Under the pieces are notes generated by a model. The model was not told where the DNA came from and searched no databases. It worked only from the letters and a program-made list of their open reading frames with translations. A program made the translations under genes and the position numbers. A stretch of DNA of 44,056 nucleotides from a virus, in the IMG/VR virus record IMGVR_UViG_3300024999_000022; one strand, written 5' to 3'. This document shows, piece by piece, positions 15,602 through 24,478 of the stretch (position 1 is the first letter of the stretch; every line of letters begins with the position of its first letter).

Positions 15602-16395
15602 TAGCTTATAATTTCCTTAGAAAACCAAATTTGTCTAGTGTGTGGATCATATCCCCACTTGTCAATAAATCTCTTTCTATTTTCAACCTCTATTGCTCTT
15701 GATTCAATATCAAAATTAGAGTCTTGTTCCGTGAATCTTGTTGAACCTTCACGATGCCAATACCATGACTTTGCGCTCATTATTAATTTTTTATTAAAAT
15801 TGTCTCTCATTCTTAAGAATAAATCAATATCTTCATGTCCTCCTCGTACAAATCTTTCATCAAATAATCCCACTTCCTTAAGGATACTTTTTTTACTCAT
15901 CCATAATCCACCATCTTGCATTTGTTCACCAATAAGTCCTCCTTCTGTTATTTTTGTTTCTGATAAATCTGAAAGATGAATTCCATCTATCATTCTTAAT
16001 TTACTGTGACAAATTCCAGTAACTCCAACATTTTCGTATTTAGTAAATGGTTCTATCATTGCTTCTTGCCAACCATTATAAACTTCAATATCATTATTTG
16101 CGCATACTATATATCCATCATTTTTACCAAGTTTAGAAATGGCTTTCTTGATACCCTTGTTACATGTTTTTGCAAATCCTAAGTTTTCTTTATTTTCTAT
16201 ATATATATCAACTATATCCTTTAAGAATGAAGCATCCATTGGACTAGCATCATTAACAGCTATTATTTCTGTATCTTTTGAATTATTTCTAAAACTTATT
16301 ATAGCTTCTATTGTTAATTCTCTTAGAAGATTATTAATGATGTATACTGGAATTACGATATAGGTTTTCATGCTTTTTTTTAAGTTTATTTTCAA
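15601..16395 (-). CDS. Family-2 glycosyltransferase
   Basis: YIVIPVYIINNLLRELTIEAIISFRNNSKDTEIIAVNDASP (GT2 N-terminal signature) and CANNDIEV (DxD-like). The start may be the internal Met (MKTYIV) because of overlap with 16334..17551. Confidence 0.7.
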   Translation of the reverse strand: MKINLKKSMKTYIVIPVYIINNLLRELTIEAIISFRNNSKDTEIIAVNDASPMDASFLKDIVDIYIENKENLGFAKTCNKGIKKAISKLGKNDGYIVCANNDIEVYNGWQEAMIEPFTKYENVGVTGICHSKLRMIDGIHLSDLSETKITEGGLIGEQMQDGGLWMSKKSILKEVGLFDERFVRGGHEDIDLFLRMRDNFNKKLIMSAKSWYWHREGSTRFTEQDSNFDIESRAIEVENRKRFIDKWGYDPHTRQIWFSKEIIS

Positions 16396-17551
16396 GTTCT
16401 AAATTATAAATTAAACCATCACTCATTGAACCAGAAATCTTTCTGTAGAAATATAAAACTTCTTTTATTCTCTTTATTGTTGCACCAGTTTCTGCTGCTC
16501 TTATCCAAAAATCCCAATCCTCTAATCCACTATTGAATGTTTCATCATATCCACCTATTTTCTCCCATAAGTCCTTCTTAAAAGCTGAACATGCAATGAG
16601 TTTATTTCCATTTAGTATCATCTCTAATGTTATATCCTCTGCCCAATCACTCTTGGATGAGCTTTCTCCAAATTCTGAATGATCAGTGGTTACAATATCG
16701 TAATGATCTAGCTCGTAAACAACTTTTTCTAGATATGTTTTTTCTAATATATCATCAACATCTAATGGTAATATGTATTTTCCTTTAGCCCTTCTTATTC
16801 CATCATTTCTTGCTGCAGATAAATTAGGTATATTAGAGATAACTACCTCAAAATTTCTATATGTTTGTTCCTGTATGCTCTGTAAGCATTGTGGAAGAAA
16901 TCGTTCATATTCTCCCCATACTGGTATAACTATACTTACTATTGGATCTTCAACTCCAATATTTGAAAATGTAGTACTTGAAAATTGATATGAATAAATT
17001 TTTTCTCCATTCCAATTACCTCCAAGTCTATGATTTGGCATAAAAAAGTAACTTGGTAATATATCTATTTTGTACTGTGTTTTTTCGTATATATCTGTAA
17101 GATATTTATTTCCACAATCTATCCATGGTTCTCCAATATAGTCCTTAGATAATAATCCATCAATAACTTCTTTTAAAAACTTATTTCCTTTAATTGCTCC
17201 AACTATAGGAGTCAATCTTCCAGGATAATGTACCTCGTTTTCGTAGCAAGTGAATGCTTCTCTATCTATTAATTCATCAATTGGATTTACACATTTACTA
17301 TCTGCTGGAAGAGCTATTCCTCCCATATCATAAACTGCTTCATATCTAACTATGTCAGCAACACCATGATATTTTTTTTCCTCCATTAACTTATTAATGT
17401 GTTTTCTATTTTTAAATGGATAGTTTTTTACTAAAAAGTTATCCCAAAGAATATATTTCCATTCTGGATGAGCATTTTTCCATGTATTCATCCATTCTGT
17501 TGGTGGTTCTTTATCTCCAACCCAAACTTGATGTATTATTTTTTCAATCAT
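16334..17551 (-). CDS. Two-domain glycosyltransferase: GT32-type sugar-binding (DXD-region) domain plus GT2 domain
   Basis: N-terminal half: IIHQVWVGDKEPP..W..AHPEWKYILWDN ... ADIVRYEAVYDMGGIALPADS. C-terminal half: VSIVIPVWGEYERFLPQCLQSIQEQTYRNFEVVIS ... ILPLDVDDIL. Confidence 0.7.
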   Translation of the reverse strand: MIEKIIHQVWVGDKEPPTEWMNTWKNAHPEWKYILWDNFLVKNYPFKNRKHINKLMEEKKYHGVADIVRYEAVYDMGGIALPADSKCVNPIDELIDREAFTCYENEVHYPGRLTPIVGAIKGNKFLKEVIDGLLSKDYIGEPWIDCGNKYLTDIYEKTQYKIDILPSYFFMPNHRLGGNWNGEKIYSYQFSSTTFSNIGVEDPIVSIVIPVWGEYERFLPQCLQSIQEQTYRNFEVVISNIPNLSAARNDGIRRAKGKYILPLDVDDILEKTYLEKVVYELDHYDIVTTDHSEFGESSSKSDWAEDITLEMILNGNKLIACSAFKKDLWEKIGGYDETFNSGLEDWDFWIRAAETGATIKRIKEVLYFYRKISGSMSDGLIYNLELENKLKKKHENLYRNSSIHH

Positions 17552-18063
17552 TTACCTATTGCCATTGCCCCACAAAACCTCATTCCTTCCTTTTCTGGAT
17601 ATCCATTAGGATTTACAAAGCAACACTTTATATTCATTACCTCACAAATAAGGTATATATTTTGAGCTACAAATCCAGCATCTAAGTATGGCATAAAATT
17701 TATTTCGTTTGGAGACTTATACGCTTGCATATTAGCATAAAACAATATTACCCTATCTGCTTTTTCTATCCATCCACGTCCTCCAACTAAGTTTTCAATT
17801 CCATCTTTAGTTTCAACCATTTCAATTGCTTTACGATTGCAAGAACTTGGTGCTAACATTCCGGATCTTAAGATGGTTTTCATCTCATCGTCACTAACGT
17901 TTTTGGTATAGATTCTTCTACTCCTTCGTTGTGACATGATCTTTAATAATCTATCTAAATCTTCGTTGTCATATTTTCCAAATTCAATATCTGCTATTTC
18001 TCCAGATAAAAGTTTTTTCTTTCTATCTTGATGTGCTAAATATCTACATTGAAAATTATCCAT
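17548..18063 (-). CDS. Nitroreductase-fold protein
   Basis: RRSRRIYTKNVSDDEMKTILRSGMLAPSSCNRKAIEMV matches the RRS.R.F ... APS..N signature. Confidence 0.6.
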   Translation of the reverse strand: MDNFQCRYLAHQDRKKKLLSGEIADIEFGKYDNEDLDRLLKIMSQRRSRRIYTKNVSDDEMKTILRSGMLAPSSCNRKAIEMVETKDGIENLVGGRGWIEKADRVILFYANMQAYKSPNEINFMPYLDAGFVAQNIYLICEVMNIKCCFVNPNGYPEKEGMRFCGAMAIGK

Positions 18064-18328
18064 TTTGATGAGTTCTTAAATGAGAAGCTAAACCTATTCT
18101 GCTTTTACAAACTTTTCCACATATTGCACATATATCATTTCCTTCTATCTCATTTACTACTTCCTTTTTTATCTCATCTTTTTCTTTTTCATTAGATAAT
18201 GATCCTACTGGTTCTATTTCTCTATTTTCTATAGCTACTCTTGCTGCATCGAAATCGAAGTCAACAATATCACCAACTTGATAACCCTCTCCCCATCTTC
18301 CTGCTGGTGCTGATAAAATTTTATACAT
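18056..18328 (-). CDS. Small protein with C-terminal C2H2-type zinc finger
   Basis: CAICGKVCKSRIGLASHLRTH at the C-terminus. Overlaps both neighbours. Confidence 0.5.
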   Translation of the reverse strand: MYKILSAPAGRWGEGYQVGDIVDFDFDAARVAIENREIEPVGSLSNEKEKDEIKKEVVNEIEGNDICAICGKVCKSRIGLASHLRTHQNG

Positions 18329-18331
18329 AAT

Positions 18332-20617
18332 TTATTTTAGGACTTTGTCCCAGTTTTTAGTTATTAATTTCCAATTAAATGTTTCTTTAGCCCACTCTTC
18401 TTCAACGGTTGAGTTCTTAAATGATGAAAACTTTATAGTATTAAGATATTTTCCAACATTTTCCGTATCTCCAAAAGTATTTTCTGTTTTCCATTTTTCA
18501 CCAGAAGTATGTAGAACATCTCCAAAATTTACTATTTCTTTTAAAGCTGCAAAATCAGATGTTATACAGTGGCATCCTGCTGCTTGAGCCTTTGATGCAC
18601 TTATGCAGTGAATCTCATAGAATTGCGTCGGATAAAGAAATATTCCTGCTTCAAGATATTTTTTAGCTATAGCTTTATGAGAAATCATTATTCCTCCTTC
18701 AGCTCTACCTTCTTCTACAAGTTTTTGGAATCTTGCATTTTGTTTTTCATAGAAAGACATTAATTCTTTATTGTCTTTATGCCAAGCTAGAAAGTTTCCC
18801 CAACCATAATACCAAGCTAATTTCCATGGTTTTTCTGGTTGTTCTTCAATGAGTTTTTCAAAGATATCAAGTGTAGCGTCAATGTGTCTATCTGGACTAG
18901 AAGTATTAAGAACGAGATATGGATTTCTTTCAATTTTTTCATTAAAAAGTGATACATCTATTCCATTTGGAATAATTGAAAACTTTTCATCTAGTACATT
19001 TGGAAACAAATCTCTATGAGCTTTTGTTTTAACCATTATGCTGTGAAATTTCTCAACTCTATCTGGTGTTAATTCTCCTTCTGGAAGTACATCATGTAAG
19101 TCTAATAGTATCTTTTTAGCGTTTAACTTAAAGTCTACTGGCTTAGGATGTCTCCACAAAATAATGACGTCTTGTTTATCTCTAATATTGAATTCCCAAT
19201 AAGGTTTATACATAACCCCATCGTATTCTTTTGCTGAATGTCCACAGTTATTATAAACTGTAACATTCCATCCAAGTTTGGATAATCCTTTAGATAGGTT
19301 TATTACTGCTTCTTCACTTCCACCAACTCCATCTTTTTCTGCTACTTCTGGATTCCATATTTTATCAGTATAAGAACAGTAGTAAACTAGATCTTTTCCA
19401 GATGTTTCAGTTTTTACAAATTTTAAGTTCTTAAATATACAGAATTTAGGATGTGATTGAAACTTGAAATTATCACATAATATCTTAAGTTTGTCAATAT
19501 CTTTAACTAACTCAGCATCTTTTATGAATTGATTTACAGCTTCTTCTATTTCTTGTTCCTTATTTAAAAGCTCTTCATACTCCTTTATATTTTCATTATC
19601 TGGATAAATCTTCTTACATCTTTTAAGAACTTCTATGGCGTTTTTAAATTCTTTCATTTGAAAATAAATATTAGCCAATACCATCATTGGATTAAAATCA
19701 TAATCTCTAGGATTATACACAATAATAGATCGTTCTGGAATTTGTTTCTTGAGTCCTTCTAGTATAAAGTCCCTAGCTCTTTCTAGGTGTTTTGTTTTAG
19801 AAAGAAGTTCTCCAAGCTTAAGATATGCGTCTGGATAATTAGGTCTAATTGATAGTGCTTTTAAATAGTCATCTTCTGATTGTGATATATCACCAATCCT
19901 AAGATAAGCTATAAAAATTTCCTCTTCTGAATTAGAAACTGTTACGAATTTCTTTAAATATTCAATAGCTTCTTTATCCTTACCTTCTCCTAAAAGAGCA
20001 TTAGCTACTAACCATTCACCTCTTGGATCTCCTGGATGTTTTTCCATGAAAATACGAGCTATTTCAATATTTCTTTCACTAGCTTTTTCTGCACGTTTTT
20101 CATTTGTTAAGTGCATTACTTCTATTTCATCAGTAAACATACTATTCAACTCTCTAAGTGGTGAAAAATCTTCGTGTATTTCTCCAACCCACTCAACAAC
20201 TCCTCTTTTTACTAAGCGAGTTTTAAGATGTTTTACTGTGCATTTTTTTTGTGAATCAAAATCATAAAGATAATTCATCACAATAGCGTCCATTCCATCT
20301 TTTTCAGATTTCGCTACTAGTGGTTTTAGTAATTCTGCACCACGAATAACATCGTCTGCATCACACCAAAATATGTAATCTCCAGTTGTTTGTTTAAATG
20401 AAAAGTTTCTTGCTTTAGAAAAATCATTTTCCCAGTTAAAGAACGATTCAACACCTCCATATTTTGATATAACTTTTGAAACCTCTTTGTTAGGTTTTTC
20501 TCCAGCCTGTGTTATGCAAATCTCATCTACATTATTAGATAAATATTTTAAACATCTGTCTAAAAGTTTAGCTTCTTCATTAGATGGTTTTACAATCATT
20601 GCTAATGATAATTTCAT
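18332..20617 (-). CDS. Three-part glycosyltransferase: GT2 domain, TPR-like repeats, GT1/GT4-like domain
   Basis: N-terminus: LAMIVKPSNEE..LDRCL ... FSKARNFSF ... IFWCDADDVI. Middle: repeated A..YL..G helical pairs (TPR-like). C-terminus: GGSEEAVINLSKGLSKLGWNVTVY and YPTQFYEIHCISASKAQAAGCHCITSD (E-x7-E-like). Confidence 0.7.
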   Translation of the reverse strand: MKLSLAMIVKPSNEEAKLLDRCLKYLSNNVDEICITQAGEKPNKEVSKVISKYGGVESFFNWENDFSKARNFSFKQTTGDYIFWCDADDVIRGAELLKPLVAKSEKDGMDAIVMNYLYDFDSQKKCTVKHLKTRLVKRGVVEWVGEIHEDFSPLRELNSMFTDEIEVMHLTNEKRAEKASERNIEIARIFMEKHPGDPRGEWLVANALLGEGKDKEAIEYLKKFVTVSNSEEEIFIAYLRIGDISQSEDDYLKALSIRPNYPDAYLKLGELLSKTKHLERARDFILEGLKKQIPERSIIVYNPRDYDFNPMMVLANIYFQMKEFKNAIEVLKRCKKIYPDNENIKEYEELLNKEQEIEEAVNQFIKDAELVKDIDKLKILCDNFKFQSHPKFCIFKNLKFVKTETSGKDLVYYCSYTDKIWNPEVAEKDGVGGSEEAVINLSKGLSKLGWNVTVYNNCGHSAKEYDGVMYKPYWEFNIRDKQDVIILWRHPKPVDFKLNAKKILLDLHDVLPEGELTPDRVEKFHSIMVKTKAHRDLFPNVLDEKFSIIPNGIDVSLFNEKIERNPYLVLNTSSPDRHIDATLDIFEKLIEEQPEKPWKLAWYYGWGNFLAWHKDNKELMSFYEKQNARFQKLVEEGRAEGGIMISHKAIAKKYLEAGIFLYPTQFYEIHCISASKAQAAGCHCITSDFAALKEIVNFGDVLHTSGEKWKTENTFGDTENVGKYLNTIKFSSFKNSTVEEEWAKETFNWKLITKNWDKVLK

Positions 20618-20820
20618 ATTGTAATATCAAGAAATATATTTATTAATAGTCCGTGAAATCTTAGTCCATACAATGTTTTATACTCTCCGATATATTTCAA
20701 TGAGGTTGATGTATGTACATACTTTCCATTCTTAGTAGGAACACGGTATTTTACAATGTTTATTTTTGGTATAAAACAAGATTTAAAACTTCTTTTATAG
20801 CAATTTAACGATAATTTCAT
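20614..20820 (-). CDS. Small basic ORF (possibly real; translationally coupled)
   Basis: Its stop overlaps the start of 18332..20617 in an ATGA. It shares its first five codons (MKLSL) and 16 of 17 nt around the start with that gene. Confidence 0.3.
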   Translation of the reverse strand: MKLSLNCYKRSFKSCFIPKINIVKYRVPTKNGKYVHTSTSLKYIGEYKTLYGLRFHGLLINIFLDITI

Positions 20821-20821
20821 A

Positions 20822-21112
20822 TTAGTATGTTTGTGGTATAAGAAATTGAGGAAATCTTCTTGCTAACCATAAGTCTTCACCTTTCAGTTCTAGGAATCTT
20901 GGTTCTCCTATAGAGCCATCTAAAGAATTCCATAGTCCTTCTGAGAAACGAAATGTTCCTCTCATCTTACCATCCTTGGTTGAAGCTAATTCAGTGTTTG
21001 TTAATTTTCCTCTTTTTTCTTTTATAGAATTTAAAAGTAGTTTGTATTCTTCTTGGTGGTTCTTGATATAATTTTCTATTACATCTGTTATGAATTCTTG
21101 TCTATGCGTCAT
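20822..21112 (-). CDS. Hypothetical protein downstream of the chaperonin
   Basis: 96-aa ORF overlapping the chaperonin's 3' end by 11 nt. No GroES-like signature seen. Confidence 0.45.
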   Translation of the reverse strand: MTHRQEFITDVIENYIKNHQEEYKLLLNSIKEKRGKLTNTELASTKDGKMRGTFRFSEGLWNSLDGSIGEPRFLELKGEDLWLARRFPQFLIPQTY

Positions 21113-22487
21113 TTCTTTGTATGAGTGCTGCCTCAGCTGTCAAGATTGATGTAGCTGTGGACACCGCATTAGTTAATGCCGCTTTAATCACTTTAACAGA
21201 ATCTTTTACATTATCAAGATTTCCAAGTTCTGATACACTTTTAACTCCACTATTTATCTTGATCTGTTCCATTGGAGACTGACATGCTATTTTCATTATC
21301 CTTTCTCCTTCATTCTTTGGAGTTCTAAACAAACTTTCTGCAATTAATGACAATTTGAATCCAGCTCCAGTAACAAATCCTCCATCATAAGCCGATTTAG
21401 CTGCGTTAATAGCGTCTTCTACCTTTAAAACTATCTCTTGTCTTTCTACATCTGTTGGTTTGCCAACATGGACTATCCCAATTCCTCCAGATAAAAACGA
21501 AATTCTCTTTTTAAGTAACTCCTTGTTAAATTTTGATTCTTCTTTATCTAGTTTAGTTGAGAGTTTTTCTATATAATCTTTTACATTTCCATTTCCACCA
21601 ATCAATGTTGTGTTTTCTTTATCAATAACAACTTTACCAGCTCTATTCCCAAATGCTTCAAGATCTTCAATATTAGTATCTAAATTTTTAACAGCTGCTA
21701 CTTTAAATGTACCTTTCATTTTAAACTGAGTAATCAATGTGAGTGCGGTTTTATCCCACTGTGGTGCTATAACTACTGCTTCCATATCTCCATTTCCAGC
21801 TAATACTTGCAATTTTTTAGCTAAATCCTCAGCTTCAAATTTTTCTTTAAATATAATCAATGGAATATCAAAGTATTGTTCACTGTCATCACTATAAAGT
21901 GCAACATTTTGTGAGCTAAATTGAATACCTTCAACTAATTCACTTTCTAACACATCCTTTTCTGTTTCTTCAATAATAATATTTGCATTTTCTCCAAGTT
22001 TTTCATGAATATATGCAATAATTTTACCAATTTTTGGATCTAAACTTGAAGTTGTTGCTATTTTTTCAATATCTTTCGATGATTTTACTTTAGTAGCATC
22101 TTTTTTAAGCTGCTCCAAAACTAAATCTAATGAATATTGAATTTGTGCTCTTAATTCTCTAGGTGCTACAAGTTGAGTATCACTAATTAGTTCATTTAGT
22201 AGAGATTGTAATATAACCAAGGTAGTGGTAGTGCCATCTCCAGCTACATTATTTGTTTTAGATGCACATTGTTTAGCCAACATAATTCCAGCTTGCTCAA
22301 TTTCATCCTTAACCTCAACTGCTCTTGCTATACTTACACCATCATTTATAATATCTGTCAAGTTTCCGTTATAAATAAGAACATTACGTCCATCTTTACC
22401 CATAGATACTTTAACTACATCGCAGCATTTATCTATTCCTTCCTTAATTTTTTGTCTGGCATCATTGCCAAAAAGTATTTCTTTCAT
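21102..22487 (-). CDS. groEL: GroEL/Cpn60-family chaperonin, shortened (461 aa)
   Basis: ILFGNDARQKIKEGIDKCCDVVKVSMGKDGRNVLI ... INDGVSIARAVE ... NNVAGDGTTTTLVILQSLL parallels E. coli GroEL [35 protein letters not shown] ... DGVSVAREIE ... AGDGTTTATVLAQAI. VAAVKN matches GroEL VAAVKAPGFGD. Confidence 0.85.
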   Translation of the reverse strand: MKEILFGNDARQKIKEGIDKCCDVVKVSMGKDGRNVLIYNGNLTDIINDGVSIARAVEVKDEIEQAGIMLAKQCASKTNNVAGDGTTTTLVILQSLLNELISDTQLVAPRELRAQIQYSLDLVLEQLKKDATKVKSSKDIEKIATTSSLDPKIGKIIAYIHEKLGENANIIIEETEKDVLESELVEGIQFSSQNVALYSDDSEQYFDIPLIIFKEKFEAEDLAKKLQVLAGNGDMEAVVIAPQWDKTALTLITQFKMKGTFKVAAVKNLDTNIEDLEAFGNRAGKVVIDKENTTLIGGNGNVKDYIEKLSTKLDKEESKFNKELLKKRISFLSGGIGIVHVGKPTDVERQEIVLKVEDAINAAKSAYDGGFVTGAGFKLSLIAESLFRTPKNEGERIMKIACQSPMEQIKINSGVKSVSELGNLDNVKDSVKVIKAALTNAVSTATSILTAEAALIQRNDA

Positions 22488-22581
22488 GTTGTTGTCCCAG
22501 AAGTCTGCAGGCTTAACGACTAATTAGACCTGCAAACCCCTGGGGTCGTTAATTTAACTAATACAGGGGGATTGAAAGCTA

Positions 22582-23502
22582 TTACGCTTTCTTAAATCCA
22601 GTTGCAAAGAAGTTAGTATCTTGATTCCTTGTTTCCAAAGTCATTTTACCAACGATTGCTCGTGGATCACTATCTCCAGTTCTTGCGAGACCTGCGTCTA
22701 CGTAAGGTTTCTTGAGATAAGCTACTTTAAGTTTCTCGGGGTTAATTCCAAGAATTCTTGCAGTAGCATCAGCAGCTACTTGAACGTATCGGTGTACATG
22801 TACACGTACTTTTCCAAGCCCAGTTTCAACAACATCAACAACTCTTACGATTTCTTTGATGTTCAAACCAGTATTAACAACATTTGTTTTGTTGGTAAAG
22901 CTGTCAATCTGATCACGTAGGTAAGAACCTACATAGATATCAGTTGCAACATCACCATTGGTGTTGTCATATTGATTCTTCATCAAACCAGTAAGGATTG
23001 ATGCTGAGAATACAGTTCCAGATGTATGAGCTGTTGTATTAGCTGCCTTCGAGATAGACATGATAATACCACCCATACGTGGAGCTGTTCCTGAAGCGCC
23101 TGATACCAAAGAACCTCTTACCAAATCGTACTCAACTGAATTCATCCAGTTTTTCATTGCTTTGGTAGTTTGTCTTGCGAGTTCATTGTCGCCATGATAA
23201 TGTTCAATTTCTTGCTGTGTTCGAGAAACCTCAAACGGATAAGCGCAAATTTGAACCAAGTTGGTCAGACGGGCTGGAGTTGTCAAAGTTTTGTTTGTGT
23301 ACGCACCTGCTTCATTGGATGCCAATGAGCTAACGCTGTCCAAAGTATCAGTCAACACATTGTGAACTGTTTGGATAGCAGATGTTTTACCAAGAGTATT
23401 GTGGATAAGATCTTCCGTTGCCGTAAGAATCTCAACCATTCCCAATACATCTTCTTTGATGGATACGTCACCATAACTACGAAGAATTAAATCTTCTGCC
23501 AT
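22582..23502 (-). CDS. Major capsid protein (probable HK97 fold)
   Basis: 306 aa, directly after the scaffold gene in terL-portal-scaffold-capsid order. By recollection, sequence pattern resembles SU10/DUF5309-type podoviral capsid proteins. Confidence 0.7.
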   Translation of the reverse strand: MAEDLILRSYGDVSIKEDVLGMVEILTATEDLIHNTLGKTSAIQTVHNVLTDTLDSVSSLASNEAGAYTNKTLTTPARLTNLVQICAYPFEVSRTQQEIEHYHGDNELARQTTKAMKNWMNSVEYDLVRGSLVSGASGTAPRMGGIIMSISKAANTTAHTSGTVFSASILTGLMKNQYDNTNGDVATDIYVGSYLRDQIDSFTNKTNVVNTGLNIKEIVRVVDVVETGLGKVRVHVHRYVQVAADATARILGINPEKLKVAYLKKPYVDAGLARTGDSDPRAIVGKMTLETRNQDTNFFATGFKKA

Positions 23503-23514
23503 AATGATATTGGT

Positions 23515-24123
23515 CTATTTTCCCAAACCAAGCATTTCTGTTACCATAGCTTCTTGCGCTGCCGCATTACCACTTCTGGCTTGATCTATAAGACCCTTGA
23601 TTTTTGAATTGTCGACCGGTTTAACTCTATTTCTAGAGCTTACTCCAATCTCTCTTTCTTTTTCCTGTTCTTCTCTACTTAGAACCAAGGGCTTCACTTT
23701 TTCCCATGCTTGAGCTAGGGACACACCAGAACCTTCAGCCAATGGCTTAATGTATTCTTCAAAGTGTGCTTTTGCCTCGGGTGATTCCATTAGAAACTCA
23801 ATTTTGTCAAGTTTTTCTGTTGTCTCCCGTGACATGTCTTCCGACTTTCGTGGAGCTGGTTTCCTTGCGGAAACTGCTGGTTCTACTTTCTTCCCAACAA
23901 AAGAACTAAGGTTCTTATAATGTTTTTCGTAATCTTCAATTGTCTCGAACTTTCGTCCTGCAATTTCAGATACTTTGGTAAGAAATTCTTGAGTAGCATC
24001 AACATCCTTAGTCGCTCCTACCGAGGTTTCATCTTGCTGTTCTTTGTCCTCTTCGAGTTCAAAGTCGTCGTCAAGAATCTCATCGTCGGTGTCGGATTCT
24101 AAGGGTTTGTTTACTTCAGTCAT
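23515..24123 (-). CDS. Scaffolding protein
   Basis: 202 aa with a strongly acidic N-terminus (DDEILDDDFELEEDKEQQDE) and helical character, positioned between portal and capsid genes. Confidence 0.6.
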   Translation of the reverse strand: MTEVNKPLESDTDDEILDDDFELEEDKEQQDETSVGATKDVDATQEFLTKVSEIAGRKFETIEDYEKHYKNLSSFVGKKVEPAVSARKPAPRKSEDMSRETTEKLDKIEFLMESPEAKAHFEEYIKPLAEGSGVSLAQAWEKVKPLVLSREEQEKEREIGVSSRNRVKPVDNSKIKGLIDQARSGNAAAQEAMVTEMLGLGK

Positions 24124-24229
24124 TTTTTATTCAGAGATTTATATACTTCACTTATTCGACATTTAGCTTTCGCCATTAAGTTACTTCGTATATTCTAATT
24201 AATTATTTAAAGCGCATAGCGCTAGAAAT

Positions 24230-24475
24230 CTATTCTAAATTACGAATTATTTCATCGTAATCTGATTCTTCCAATTCTTTCAAGTCTTCTTTCGTTACAT
24301 CAAATAAGTCACTAATCCAATCTTCCAATATAAGAAGTGCTTCTTTTTTCGCAAGAAAATCCTTTTCATCTCTTGCATTACGAATATCAGAAATAAGCTT
24401 CATCCTTTCTACGAGCAATTTAATTGCTGCACGATTATCTTCATTTGATAAAAATCGTTCTATTTTATACTTCAT
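24230..24475 (-). CDS. Small acidic helical protein
   Basis: 81-aa ORF immediately after the portal gene. Confidence 0.45.
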   Translation of the reverse strand: MKYKIERFLSNEDNRAAIKLLVERMKLISDIRNARDEKDFLAKKEALLILEDWISDLFDVTKEDLKELEESDYDEIIRNLE

Positions 24476-24478
24476 ATT

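Noticed and set aside
20822-21112. 96-aa ORF downstream of the chaperonin as a GroES-like co-chaperonin
   Set aside because: Despite the GroES-like size, the sequence (MTHRQEFITDVIENYIKNHQEEYK...) is helical and charged at the N-terminus. It lacks the GroES mobile-loop and beta-barrel pattern (for example the I.PL.DRV start).
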